A stretch of DNA of 64,000 nucleotides from an uncultured Flavobacteriaceae bacterium. Lineage in GTDB: Bacteria > Bacteroidota > Bacteroidia > Flavobacteriales > Weeksellaceae. This document shows positions 46,468 through 55,854 of this stretch, piece after piece. The notes beneath the pieces were generated by a model. The model was not told the origin of the DNA and ran no database searches. It saw only the letters and a program-made list of their open reading frames with translations. The stretch is from NCBI GenBank assembly GCA_963520725.1, contig CAUQSG010000002.1, positions 27,926 through 91,925 of the forward strand. The letters run 5' to 3'. The position numbers were made by a program, and so were the translations under genes. Positions within the stretch are counted from its first letter, which is position 1; each line of letters begins with the position of its first letter.

Positions 46468-47796
46468 ATGAAAAGGATATTTATTTTATTAGGGTTTGTA
46501 GGATTAACAAACATTTATGCACAAAAAGGAAGAGTTGGAGTTAATACAGACGAGCCTAAAGCTACATTAGACATCAATGGTAGTTCAGTAGATAACATAA
46601 AAGGTATATTGATACCAAGAGTAACTGCGGCAGAAATGAAAACTATGTCAGGAGATGCAAATTTTGGAGGACATCAACATTCAGTACTTGTTTATCTTAC
46701 TGACACTATGCCAACAGCAGACCAGGCAGACAAGCATGAATATGTAACAGATGAGGGATTCTATTATTGGAATAATACAGCTTTAAAATGGATTCCTCTT
46801 AATGACCTTAGATATGTGGGAAGAGGGAATCATATAACCATGGATGCTGGACAAAATGGGACATCACTTCCTGCAGGGAGCAATAATATAGGAATTGGAA
46901 AAGGAAGTCTTAATGCGAATACTGGGTCAAATAATATTGCAGTAGGTGCTAGTGCTCTTCTGAAAAACACTTTAGGGAGTGGAGCCGTTGCTATAGGTAC
47001 CAATGCTCTTATAAGAAATACTAAAGGGAAGAATAATATTGCTATAGGAACTAATACTCTTACACAAAATACAGAAGCAGATAATAATATTGCTATTGGT
47101 ATCACAGCATTAAATCTTAATACAGAGGGAACTAATAATGTTGCCATAGGAGGAGAGGCACTTACTAATAACAAAAAAGGGAAAAATAATATTGCTCTTG
47201 GACCAAATACACTCAGACAAAATGTAGATGCAGATAATAACTTTGCTATTGGTCTGAATGCTCTTGAGGCAAACACAATAGGACAAGCTAATATGGCGGT
47301 TGGTAATGGAGCTCTTTCACGAAATACAAATGGTGGATATAATATGGCATTTGGATATAATACTATGCCTCTAAATCAAACAGGTTCTTATAATATTGCT
47401 TTAGGGTATAATTCTGCTAACCAAATTGTAAATGGAAGCTATAATACTGTAATAGGAACAGGAGGTTCATATATAAATAATGGAAATGGGAATATTAGCA
47501 TAGGAAATTCTGGAGATGGTACAGATACAGCATCATTAGATAATATCATTGCTATAGGTCATGGCATTACACCTACTACAGATAATACTATCGTTTTAGG
47601 AAATAGTACAGCAACAGGGCCAAAAGTAGGAGTGGGAACTTATGCTCCTCAGTCAAAATTAGATGTTAATGGAGATATCAGAGTAGGAGGAACTACAGCG
47701 TCTTGCTCAACGGCTAATGAAGGAGCTATCCGCTATGAATCTTCATTAAAGAAATTCCAAGGGTGTGATGGTTCTAATTGGGTTTCTCTTCACTAA
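46468..47796 (+). CDS. Secreted repeat protein (about 14-15-residue NNIAIG-type repeats, YadA-head/Hep_Hag-like) with a Cys-containing C-terminal domain
   Basis: Signal peptide FILLGFVGLTNIYAQ, then more than 12 consecutive repeats such as GSNNIAVGASALLKNT and GKNNIAIGTNTLTQNT. The C-terminus is CSTANEGAIRYESSLKKFQGCDGSNWVSL. Confidence 0.75.
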   Translation: MKRIFILLGFVGLTNIYAQKGRVGVNTDEPKATLDINGSSVDNIKGILIPRVTAAEMKTMSGDANFGGHQHSVLVYLTDTMPTADQADKHEYVTDEGFYYWNNTALKWIPLNDLRYVGRGNHITMDAGQNGTSLPAGSNNIGIGKGSLNANTGSNNIAVGASALLKNTLGSGAVAIGTNALIRNTKGKNNIAIGTNTLTQNTEADNNIAIGITALNLNTEGTNNVAIGGEALTNNKKGKNNIALGPNTLRQNVDADNNFAIGLNALEANTIGQANMAVGNGALSRNTNGGYNMAFGYNTMPLNQTGSYNIALGYNSANQIVNGSYNTVIGTGGSYINNGNGNISIGNSGDGTDTASLDNIIAIGHGITPTTDNTIVLGNSTATGPKVGVGTYAPQSKLDVNGDIRVGGTTASCSTANEGAIRYESSLKKFQGCDGSNWVSLH

Positions 47797-47819
47797 AAAA
47801 ATAAAATTCAACAAGCATA

Positions 47820-47850
47820 GAAGTTTCTTTTAAAAGAAACTTCTTTTTTT
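47820..47850 (+). terminator. Intrinsic terminator
   Basis: Stem GAAGTTTCTTTT/AAAAGAAACTTC followed by a T-run. Confidence 0.7.
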
Positions 47851-47851
47851 A

Positions 47852-47859
47852 TACTTTTG
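47852..47859 (+). promoter_or_regulatory. -7 promoter box TACTTTTG
   Basis: Exact TAnnTTTG, 19 nt before the ATG at 47879. Confidence 0.5.
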
Positions 47860-47878
47860 TATATCTAAAAAATATAAA

Positions 47879-48907
47879 ATGACATATCTCATTACAGGTG
47901 GAAGTGGTTTTATTGGTTCGCATCTGACAGAATATTTGCTAAAAAACGGACATTCTGTCATCAATGTAGATAATTTTGATGATTTTTATCATTACAAAAT
48001 CAAAATAGAAAATACTTTGGAGAGTGTAAATTCTTCAGAAAGTTTTGAGTATAAAGAGAAAGAATCTGATATTCAAAATCTTATAAATAAAACAAAATCA
48101 AATAATTATCAGCTGTATTATCAAGATGTTCGTGATGTAAATGGTTTGAAACAAATTTTTCAAAACCATCATATAGACATGGTAATACATTTGGCGGCTC
48201 TGGCAGGTGTGCGCCCTTCCATAGAGAGGCCGATGGACTATGCAGAGGTCAATATATTAGGCTCTATGAATATCTTTGAACTTTGTAAAGAATTTGGAGT
48301 TAAAAAAATCGTATGCGCTTCATCATCAAGTGTTTATGGGAATAATGAGAAAGTTCCTTTTTCTGAAACAGATAATGTAGACCGTCCTATTTCTCCCTAT
48401 GCAGCCACCAAAAAAAGCGTAGAAATTATAGGACACACTTACCATCATTTGTATGGAATAGATATGATTCAGCTGAGGTTTTTCACTGTTTATGGACCTC
48501 GCCAGCGCCCTGATTTGGCTATTCATAAATTTACTAAAATCATCTCCGAAAATGGAAAAATCCCATTCTATGGCGACGGAATGACTGCCCGTGATTACAC
48601 TTTTATAGATGATATTATAGATGGAATTGCTAAATCTGCACAATATTTAGAGAACAACCAAGGAGTATATGAAATTATAAATCTTGGTGAAAATGAGGTG
48701 GTTATGCTTAAAGACATGCTCTCGGAAATTGAGCAGAATTTGGATAAAAAAGCAGTTTTGGATAAACTGCCTATGCAGCCTGGTGATGTCAAAAAAACCA
48801 ATGCTGATATTACAAAAGCAAAGACATTAGTAAAATACTCTCCGAAAACCAACTTCCAAAATGGCATAAAAAAATTTGTGGAATGGTTTTTGAGAAAAAA
48901 ACATTAA
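47879..48907 (+). CDS. NAD-dependent epimerase/dehydratase (UDP-sugar 4-epimerase-like)
   Basis: Rossmann motif ITGGSGFIGSHL and catalytic YAATKKS (YxxxK). Confidence 0.88.
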   Translation: MTYLITGGSGFIGSHLTEYLLKNGHSVINVDNFDDFYHYKIKIENTLESVNSSESFEYKEKESDIQNLINKTKSNNYQLYYQDVRDVNGLKQIFQNHHIDMVIHLAALAGVRPSIERPMDYAEVNILGSMNIFELCKEFGVKKIVCASSSSVYGNNEKVPFSETDNVDRPISPYAATKKSVEIIGHTYHHLYGIDMIQLRFFTVYGPRQRPDLAIHKFTKIISENGKIPFYGDGMTARDYTFIDDIIDGIAKSAQYLENNQGVYEIINLGENEVVMLKDMLSEIEQNLDKKAVLDKLPMQPGDVKKTNADITKAKTLVKYSPKTNFQNGIKKFVEWFLRKKH

Positions 48908-48932
48908 ATTTGTAGAAAATTAAAATAATAGT

Positions 48933-49154
48933 ATGTACTGGACATTAGAATTGGCATCTTATCTTAGTGATGCCCCTTGGCCGATGACTAAAGCAGAGTT
49001 GATTGATTATGCTATCAGAACAGGAGCTCCGATGGAGGTTGTGGAAAATTTACAAGCAATTGAAGATGAGGGAGAAATCTACGAAAGCATAGAGGAGGTT
49101 TGGTCAGACTACCCAACGGATGAAGACTTCCTTTGGAATGAAGACGAATACTAA
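48933..49154 (+). CDS. DUF2795-like small acidic protein
   Basis: The 73-aa sequence MYWTLELASYL...APWPMTK.ELIDYAIR matches my recollection of this family. Confidence 0.65.
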   Translation: MYWTLELASYLSDAPWPMTKAELIDYAIRTGAPMEVVENLQAIEDEGEIYESIEEVWSDYPTDEDFLWNEDEY

Positions 49155-49267
49155 AAAATAATGACAGAAAGTCTCACAGATTCTCTGTTATATTTATATA
49201 TAAAAAGCAGAAATATAGTTAAATAAATACAAAAATCAATGGTAAAAACTATTGGTGTAGATAAGTT

Positions 49268-52200
49268 ATGAGTTTTTTTAATAAAATTTTAAAGAGCTTT
49301 TTGGGAGATAAAAACCAAAGAGATTTAAAGGAAGTTGGTAAAATTGTCGCGAAAATAAAGAAAGTAGAACCCACAATCAAAGGGCTTTCTGATGATGAAC
49401 TGCGAGGAAAGAGCAGGGAGTTTAGAGAAAAGATAAAAAGTGCAACAGCAGATATAACTACTCAAATAGAGCAGATAAAAGAACAGATAAAAACCACTGC
49501 CAACATTGATGAGAAAGAAGCATTGTTTAGTAAGGTAGAAACTTTGCAGAAGGATGCTTATCAAATAGAGGAAAAAGTTCTTAATGAAATTCTTCCAGAG
49601 GCATTCGCTGTTCTTAAAGACACAGGACGCCGATGGGCAGAGAATGGACAGATTGTTGTACAAGCTACAGACAGAGATAGAGAACTAGCAGCGACAAAGG
49701 ATTTTGTAGAAATACAAGGTGACAAAGCTGTTTGGAAAAACAAATGGAATGCAGCAGGAGCTGACATCACATGGGATATGGTACATTATGATGTACAGTT
49801 TATAGGAGGAGCTGTATTGCATGGTGGAAAAATCGCAGAGATGGCAACGGGAGAAGGGAAAACATTGGTAGGAACACTTCCTATTTATCTGAATGCTCTA
49901 CCAGGAAGAGGAGTGCATGTGGTTACTGTGAATGACTACCTTGCGAAAAGGGACTCTGCGTGGATGGGACCGCTTTATCAGTTCCATGAGCTTACGATAG
50001 ACTGTATCGATAATCACCAGCCTAATACAGATTCCAGAAGAAATGCGTATGCATGTGATATTACTTATGGAACGAATAATGAATTTGGTTTTGACTATCT
50101 GAGAGATAATATGGTGAACTCGCCAGATGAGCTAGTTCAGAGAGAGCTAAACTACGCCGTAGTGGATGAGGTGGACTCTGTATTGATAGATGATGCGAGA
50201 ACGCCTTTGATTATCTCAGGGCCTGTTCCTATGGGTGATAGACACGAATTTGATATTCTAAAACCATCTGTGGATAGAGTAGTAGAGGTTCAGAAAAAAG
50301 TAGTTTCAACGATTTTTAATGAAGCTAAAAAACTAATTGCACAAGGAAATACAAAAGAAGGAGGGTTCAAATTACTCCAAGTATATAGAGGTCTTCCAAA
50401 AAATAAACATTTGATAAAATTCCTTTCTGAGGATGGGAATCGTGTTTTGCTTCAAAAAACAGAAGCCCAATACATGCAGGACAACAGCCGTGAGATGCAT
50501 AAGGTGGACAAGGACTTGTATTTCGTAATTGATGAGAAGAACAACCAGATAGACCTTACGGATAAGGGTGTGGAATATATGTCCCAAGGGAACTCAGATC
50601 CTAATTTCTTCGTTCTTCAAGATATAGGAACAGAGATAGCAGAACTTGAGGCTAAAAACCTTTCTAAGGAAGAAGAATTTGCTGCAAAGGATGAGTTACT
50701 CAGAGAATTTGCAATTAAATCTGAAAGAGTTCATACACTCAATCAATTATTAAAAGCTTACACACTTTTCGAGAAAGATGATCAATATGTGGTAATGGAT
50801 GGCGAGGTGAAAATCGTGGATGAGCAGACAGGGCGTATCATGGAAGGTCGCCGTTATTCAGATGGGCTTCACCAAGCTATAGAGGCTAAAGAAAATGTGA
50901 AAATCGAGGCGGCAACTCAGACCTTCGCGACTATCACTCTACAAAATTATTTCCGTATGTATAACAAATTGTCTGGAATGACAGGGACAGCGGAAACAGA
51001 AGCAGGAGAGTTTTGGCAGATTTATAAATTAGATGTGGTTGTTATCCCTACCAATAGACCTATTCAGAGAATAGACAAACAAGATTTGGTATATAAAACC
51101 AATAGAGAAAAATATAATGCTGTAATAGAAGAAATAGAAAAACTTACGGCTCAGGGAAGACCAGTGCTGGTAGGAACTACTTCGGTGGAAATTTCACAAT
51201 TACTATCGAGAGCATTGAGTTTGAGAAAGATACCACACCAAGTATTGAATGCTAAATTGCACAAAAAAGAAGCGGAAATCGTAGCAGAGGCTGGTAAGCC
51301 AGGTGTAGTTACCATCGCAACCAACATGGCAGGGCGTGGAACGGATATCAAACTTCAAGACGAAGTGAAAAAAGCAGGAGGATTGGCGATTATCGGTACC
51401 GAAAGACATGATTCGCGCCGTGTAGATAGACAGCTTAGAGGTCGTGCGGGTCGTCAGGGAGATCCAGGAAGTTCTCAGTTCTATGTTTCTTTGGAGGACA
51501 ACTTGATGCGCCTCTTCGGTTCAGAGAGAATTGCAAGAATAATGGATGGAATGGGACATAAAGAAGGAGAATATATCCAAAGTTCTATTATCACAAAATC
51601 TATTGAAAGAGCTCAGAAAAAAGTAGAACAGAATAACTTTGGTATCAGAAAAAGATTGCTGGAGTATGATGATGTGATGAATAAGCAGAGAGATGTAATC
51701 TATAAGAGAAGAAAAAATGCTCTCTTTGGAGATCATCTGAAGTATGATATAGAAAATATGATCTATGATACAGCTGCTGCTATTGTATCACAAACTAAAC
51801 CAACAGCTGATTACAAAACATTTGAGTATGAAGTAATCAAGTACTTCACTATGGAAGTGCCTGTTTCTGAGGAGGAATTTAAGAATAAACAAGTGTCAGA
51901 ATTAGTGGATATTGTTTATCAAAAAGCATCCGAAGATTACAAAATGAAACTTCAAGTGTTGAAAGAGAAAGCATTCCCTATTATTGAGAATGTGTATAAT
52001 CAGCAAGGTTCTTTATTTAAGAATATTCAGGTGCCGTTCTCAGATGGACATAGAATGCTGAACATTGTGACAGACCTGAAAGAAGCGTATGAGAGCCATT
52101 GTGACAGTCTGATTACGGATTTTGAGAAGAATATTTCTCTTGCGATTATCGATGAAAACTGGAAATTGCATTTGAGAGAGATGGATGATCTTCGCCGTTC

Positions 52201-52348
52201 TTCACAAGGTGCTGTTTATGAGCAGAAAGACCCGCTGGTAATCTACAAACAGGAATCTTTCCATTTGTTTAGCGAGATGGTAGACAATGTAAATAAACAA
52301 ATCGTTTCATTCTTATTTAAAGGTGAAATGCCAGTAAATAACAATTAA
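49268..52348 (+). CDS. secA: Preprotein translocase ATPase SecA
   Basis: [10 protein letters not shown] Walker [30 protein letters not shown], 1026 aa. Confidence 0.97.
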   Translation: MSFFNKILKSFLGDKNQRDLKEVGKIVAKIKKVEPTIKGLSDDELRGKSREFREKIKSATADITTQIEQIKEQIKTTANIDEKEALFSKVETLQKDAYQIEEKVLNEILPEAFAVLKDTGRRWAENGQIVVQATDRDRELAATKDFVEIQGDKAVWKNKWNAAGADITWDMVHYDVQFIGGAVLHGGKIAEMATGEGKTLVGTLPIYLNALPGRGVHVVTVNDYLAKRDSAWMGPLYQFHELTIDCIDNHQPNTDSRRNAYACDITYGTNNEFGFDYLRDNMVNSPDELVQRELNYAVVDEVDSVLIDDARTPLIISGPVPMGDRHEFDILKPSVDRVVEVQKKVVSTIFNEAKKLIAQGNTKEGGFKLLQVYRGLPKNKHLIKFLSEDGNRVLLQKTEAQYMQDNSREMHKVDKDLYFVIDEKNNQIDLTDKGVEYMSQGNSDPNFFVLQDIGTEIAELEAKNLSKEEEFAAKDELLREFAIKSERVHTLNQLLKAYTLFEKDDQYVVMDGEVKIVDEQTGRIMEGRRYSDGLHQAIEAKENVKIEAATQTFATITLQNYFRMYNKLSGMTGTAETEAGEFWQIYKLDVVVIPTNRPIQRIDKQDLVYKTNREKYNAVIEEIEKLTAQGRPVLVGTTSVEISQLLSRALSLRKIPHQVLNAKLHKKEAEIVAEAGKPGVVTIATNMAGRGTDIKLQDEVKKAGGLAIIGTERHDSRRVDRQLRGRAGRQGDPGSSQFYVSLEDNLMRLFGSERIARIMDGMGHKEGEYIQSSIITKSIERAQKKVEQNNFGIRKRLLEYDDVMNKQRDVIYKRRKNALFGDHLKYDIENMIYDTAAAIVSQTKPTADYKTFEYEVIKYFTMEVPVSEEEFKNKQVSELVDIVYQKASEDYKMKLQVLKEKAFPIIENVYNQQGSLFKNIQVPFSDGHRMLNIVTDLKEAYESHCDSLITDFEKNISLAIIDENWKLHLREMDDLRRSSQGAVYEQKDPLVIYKQESFHLFSEMVDNVNKQIVSFLFKGEMPVNNN

Positions 52349-52397
52349 AACAATAAAAAGGAGCAGCTGGATTTATGGCTGCTCTTTCCTTTATAAA

Positions 52398-52979
52398 ATG
52401 AAATTACCAAAGTCTGAACTCAGAAAAATCTACACAGAAAAAAGAAAATCCATGTCTTCTGCAGAAGTGGAGGATTTGTCTAAAAGTATTTTTGAACAGT
52501 TTTTAGGAGCATTTGATATGTCAAAAGTCAAAAATATGCATATTTTCCTTCCAATTAAACAGAAAAATGAAGCTTCTACTTGGGATTTTATCAAATATTT
52601 TTGGGATAAAGGAATATCGGTATTTGTTCCTAAAATGGTACAAAACGAAATAAAGACTATCCAACTGAAACCAGATACGCCACTGAAAGAAAACGGCTGG
52701 GGAATTCTAGAACCAGAGGATGATTTTGTGGAAGATATTAAGTTTGATATTGTTATAACGCCTTTATTATATTGTGATAATCAGGGAAATAGGGTGGGCT
52801 ATGGCAAAGGTTTTTATGATATGTTTTTCTCAAAAATAGACCACAATACCCTAAAAGTGGGAGTTAGTTTTTTCCCACCAGTGGCATTGATATCGGATGT
52901 TTCTGAGCAGGATGTTCCCTTGGATTACTTGGTAACTCCTACAGAAGTGCTGTCTTTTATATCAAAATCGATAAAGTAA
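52398..52979 (+). CDS. 5-formyltetrahydrofolate cyclo-ligase
   Basis: The RVGYGKGFYD motif and a typical size of 193 aa. Confidence 0.85.
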   Translation: MKLPKSELRKIYTEKRKSMSSAEVEDLSKSIFEQFLGAFDMSKVKNMHIFLPIKQKNEASTWDFIKYFWDKGISVFVPKMVQNEIKTIQLKPDTPLKENGWGILEPEDDFVEDIKFDIVITPLLYCDNQGNRVGYGKGFYDMFFSKIDHNTLKVGVSFFPPVALISDVSEQDVPLDYLVTPTEVLSFISKSIK

Positions 52980-53497
52980 AACTTGAATTCTTTCACGAAT
53001 TTCACAGGAGATTTTTTGAGAATATAGCTGGCTTTTTTATCGAAAAAACCAATACTTTTTCTGTCTTTTGTTATATATTCAACTGTAAAATTAGCGATAT
53101 TAAGAGTGTCTTTATCGGTAATTTGTTTATCGATATCAAGATTTATAACCCGAATATTTTTTACCCTTAAACTATCCAGCTCAGCAATGAGAGGCTTGGT
53201 TTTGATAGAATCTGGCGATAAAAAATAACTATTGATTTGGTTATAAATCAGTGAATCTACTCCTGTATTCCTATTCCCAGAGGCGTAGATGGCAGACAGG
53301 TCTAGCAGCTCCTGTATTTTTTGTTTTGTGATGTTATTGATGGCCTGTGCGCTATCCATTTTTATAGAAGGATAGGAAGTCTTGTTATGGTGTTTTATTT
53401 TATCCAAATCACTCATTTCTTCAGTCTCTTTTTTAGAGCAGGAAAAAACAAAAAGACATGAAATGATAATGAGAAATAATGATTTAATTTTTTTCAT
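52925..53497 (-). CDS. Hypothetical lipoprotein
   Basis: ATG at 53497 and lipobox LFVFSCSKKE. It overlaps the upstream gene by 14 nt. Confidence 0.65.
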   Translation of the reverse strand: MKKIKSLFLIIISCLFVFSCSKKETEEMSDLDKIKHHNKTSYPSIKMDSAQAINNITKQKIQELLDLSAIYASGNRNTGVDSLIYNQINSYFLSPDSIKTKPLIAELDSLRVKNIRVINLDIDKQITDKDTLNIANFTVEYITKDRKSIGFFDKKASYILKKSPVKFVKEFKFYFIDFDIKDSTSVGVTK

Positions 53498-54554
53498 TGT
53501 TTTCAATTTTGAATTTAATAGCAATAATCTTTCCATTTTCGATTTTGGTATCAAGAACCTTGAGATTTCGTAAAGACTGGGTAGGTGTGGTTACCAGACC
53601 GATGTATTTCTGTTTACTAAGCGTTTCTACGCCGTATATTTCGTTGTCAAATATCTGGTATATCAGAGCATTGTCACTGATTAGGTGATTTAGTTTTTGC
53701 TGTCTGTTTTTAATATGTTCTAATGATGAATTGTCCTTATCCTTCGTTGAATAATAATAAAGCATAAGAGCGTAATCATCTGGTTTTAAGGCAATATGCT
53801 CGACTTCTGGTGCATCTTCTAGATTTCTAAAAATCTCTACTTTTTCGTACAGAGGTGTACTTACTTCCATTCGTAGAGTTTTATCTTTCGTATTGATATA
53901 GAAGCACTCACCAGGGTTTACTTTATAGTGGATAGGAGATTCTTTTTCCTTGATTACTTTTATATTTATTGTATTTTGAATAGCAGTTCCTCTGTCCGCA
54001 TCTGTAAAACAGAATTGATAAGATTTTTTGAATAAGCCATCAGAATATAATAAAATGATAATAAATGAGGCTAAAATAACCGAAATAATTACCCATATAT
54101 AGGCTTTTATATTAGAAAAAACTTTCTTTTGTTTGGGTTGATTTTCCGTGGTTTTTGTTTCTAATAAAGCGATAGTGTTTTCTGCTTTTTCTTCAAATTC
54201 AGGCTCTGGTAAGGATTCAGCTTCAACTTCAACATCATTTTCTAAATCTGCTGCTTCCTCCTCAGAAAAACTTTTTTTAAATTCATACCAAGACTGGTAT
54301 CCGATATATGCCGAAAATATATTCAGCATGTCTATTCTTGGCAGTTTATCTATGTTTGTAGATTTGAAATAGGTGTAAAAAGTCTTTTCACTGATACTTC
54401 CTTTGACTTTTTTTCTTAAATCTTCTTGGAAATATACAATGTCTATTCCCTTCCATTGAGAAATATCCTCCTCAGAAGGGCTGTGATTCTTCAGATATTC
54501 TATCTGAATTTCCTTTTTTAATCGCTCAAAACACTCTAAATCCAAATTACTCAA
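53484..54554 (-). CDS. Hypothetical single-pass membrane protein (cytoplasmic N-domain, acidic linker, TM, C-terminal extracytoplasmic domain)
   Basis: TM segment IWVIISVILASFIIILLY in the middle. No family recognised. Confidence 0.7.
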   Translation of the reverse strand: MSNLDLECFERLKKEIQIEYLKNHSPSEEDISQWKGIDIVYFQEDLRKKVKGSISEKTFYTYFKSTNIDKLPRIDMLNIFSAYIGYQSWYEFKKSFSEEEAADLENDVEVEAESLPEPEFEEKAENTIALLETKTTENQPKQKKVFSNIKAYIWVIISVILASFIIILLYSDGLFKKSYQFCFTDADRGTAIQNTINIKVIKEKESPIHYKVNPGECFYINTKDKTLRMEVSTPLYEKVEIFRNLEDAPEVEHIALKPDDYALMLYYYSTKDKDNSSLEHIKNRQQKLNHLISDNALIYQIFDNEIYGVETLSKQKYIGLVTTPTQSLRNLKVLDTKIENGKIIAIKFKIENNEKN

Positions 54555-54613
54555 AACACGAATTTATGTTTAATTTACTGATAATCAGTGTTCTTTATTT
54601 GTAAAATATTTTA

Positions 54614-54621
54614 CAAAGATA
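54614..54621 (-). promoter_or_regulatory. -7 promoter box (minus-strand TATCTTTG)
   Basis: The plus strand reads CAAAGATA, 60 nt upstream of the minus-strand ATG at 54554. Confidence 0.4.
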
Positions 54622-54660
54622 TTACAATTATTTTTCATAGGCAATTTTTTTTTCTCGCTA

Positions 54661-54668
54661 TATCTTTG
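54661..54668 (+). promoter_or_regulatory. -7 promoter box TATCTTTG
   Basis: Exact TAnnTTTG upstream of the ATG at 54746. Confidence 0.4.
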
Positions 54669-54745
54669 CCCTGTTGATTTGATGTTCAGATTAACAAGTT
54701 GAGTCAAGAAATTTAATTTTAACCGTTTAAAAAATTTTTATTATT

Positions 54746-55039
54746 ATGAAAAAGTCATTATTTGCAGCTGCTGTTGTAGCATTAGCATTAGTATCTTGTA
54801 ACAAAAAAGCTGAAGAAGTAAAAGACGCTGTTGATTCTACAGCTCAAGAAACTGCTGCTGCTGTTGATTCTGCTGCTGGTGCTGCTGTTGATTCTGCTGC
54901 TGTTAAAGCTGAAGAAGTAAAAGATGCTGCTGCTGCTAAAGCTGAAGAAGTAAAAGATGCTGCTGCTGCTAAAGTAGAAGAAGGAGCTGCTAAAGTAGAA
55001 GCTGCTGCTAAAGAAGTAAAAGAAGAAGTTAAAAAATAA
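54746..55039 (+). CDS. Repetitive Ala/Glu/Lys-rich lipoprotein (97 aa)
   Basis: Lipobox LALVSCNKK and repeats AEEVKDAAAAK. There is a perfect 33-bp tandem duplication at 54908-54973. Confidence 0.7.
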   Translation: MKKSLFAAAVVALALVSCNKKAEEVKDAVDSTAQETAAAVDSAAGAAVDSAAVKAEEVKDAAAAKAEEVKDAAAAKVEEGAAKVEAAAKEVKEEVKK

Positions 55040-55077
55040 TTTAACTCTTAAGAAACAATTAAAGTCTCTCACTAATT

Positions 55078-55848
55078 TTAGTGAGAGATTTTTTGTCTTA
55101 GTATCTCATAGCAGCTTATAGCGACAGCATTGCTTAGATTGAGAGAGTCTATCGTTCCTGCCATTGGGACGATGATGTTTTCTCCTTTTCCTCTCCAAAA
55201 ATCACTCAACCCAGAATGCTCCGTTCCGAATACAATGGCTGATTTTCCAGTCAGGTTCTTTTCATTTATCCCTTTAGAATCGGTGTTCATTATGGTGGTA
55301 AATATCTGAAAATCATTCTTTTTCAAGAAATCAACCACTTCTTGGTTTTCTGCTTGAAAGAAATTCATCCCAAAGAGACAGCCCACGCTGCTTCGGATAA
55401 CATTAGGATTATAAAAATCTGTTCTAGAATCCGTGATGACAAGGGCGTCTATCCCAAAAGCCTCGCAGCTGCGCAAAACCGCTCCTAAATTCCCAGGTTT
55501 TTCTATGCTTTCCAGCACGATGATGGAGGAATTTTCTTTTGATTTAAAATCATTCAGTGAGGTTTCTTTTTCTTTGTAAATACCGATAATTCCCTCGGAA
55601 GAGCCTCTGTAAGCTATTTTTTCATAAACTTCGCGAGAAACCAGATGTATTTTCCCTTTTGGGAAGTCTGTTCCGAAAATCTCTTCGCAAATGAAAAATT
55701 CCACCGCTTCAAAATCAAATTTCAAAGCCCTTTCGTTTTCTTGTCTTCCTTCTGCAGCGAATATTTTGAGTTTTTTTCTCTCGTTGTTTTTAGTGAGAAT
55801 TTTGGCTAGTTTTTTTATTTTTTCGTTTTGAAGACTTTGTATAATCAT
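55078..55848 (-). CDS. TrmH/SpoU-family RNA 2'-O-methyltransferase
   Basis: Motifs NLGAVLRSCEAFG, FGTEHSGLS and IPMAGTIDSLNLSNAVAI. Confidence 0.9.
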   Translation of the reverse strand: MIIQSLQNEKIKKLAKILTKNNERKKLKIFAAEGRQENERALKFDFEAVEFFICEEIFGTDFPKGKIHLVSREVYEKIAYRGSSEGIIGIYKEKETSLNDFKSKENSSIIVLESIEKPGNLGAVLRSCEAFGIDALVITDSRTDFYNPNVIRSSVGCLFGMNFFQAENQEVVDFLKKNDFQIFTTIMNTDSKGINEKNLTGKSAIVFGTEHSGLSDFWRGKGENIIVPMAGTIDSLNLSNAVAISCYEILRQKISH

Positions 55849-55854
55849 GTTTTT

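Noticed and set aside
46830-47276. 148-aa ORF antisense to the repeat protein, and the 94-aa ORF at 54788-55072 antisense to the repetitive lipoprotein
   Set aside because: These are artefacts of periodic repeat DNA being open on both strands. The sense genes have a signal peptide, a promoter box and a terminator.
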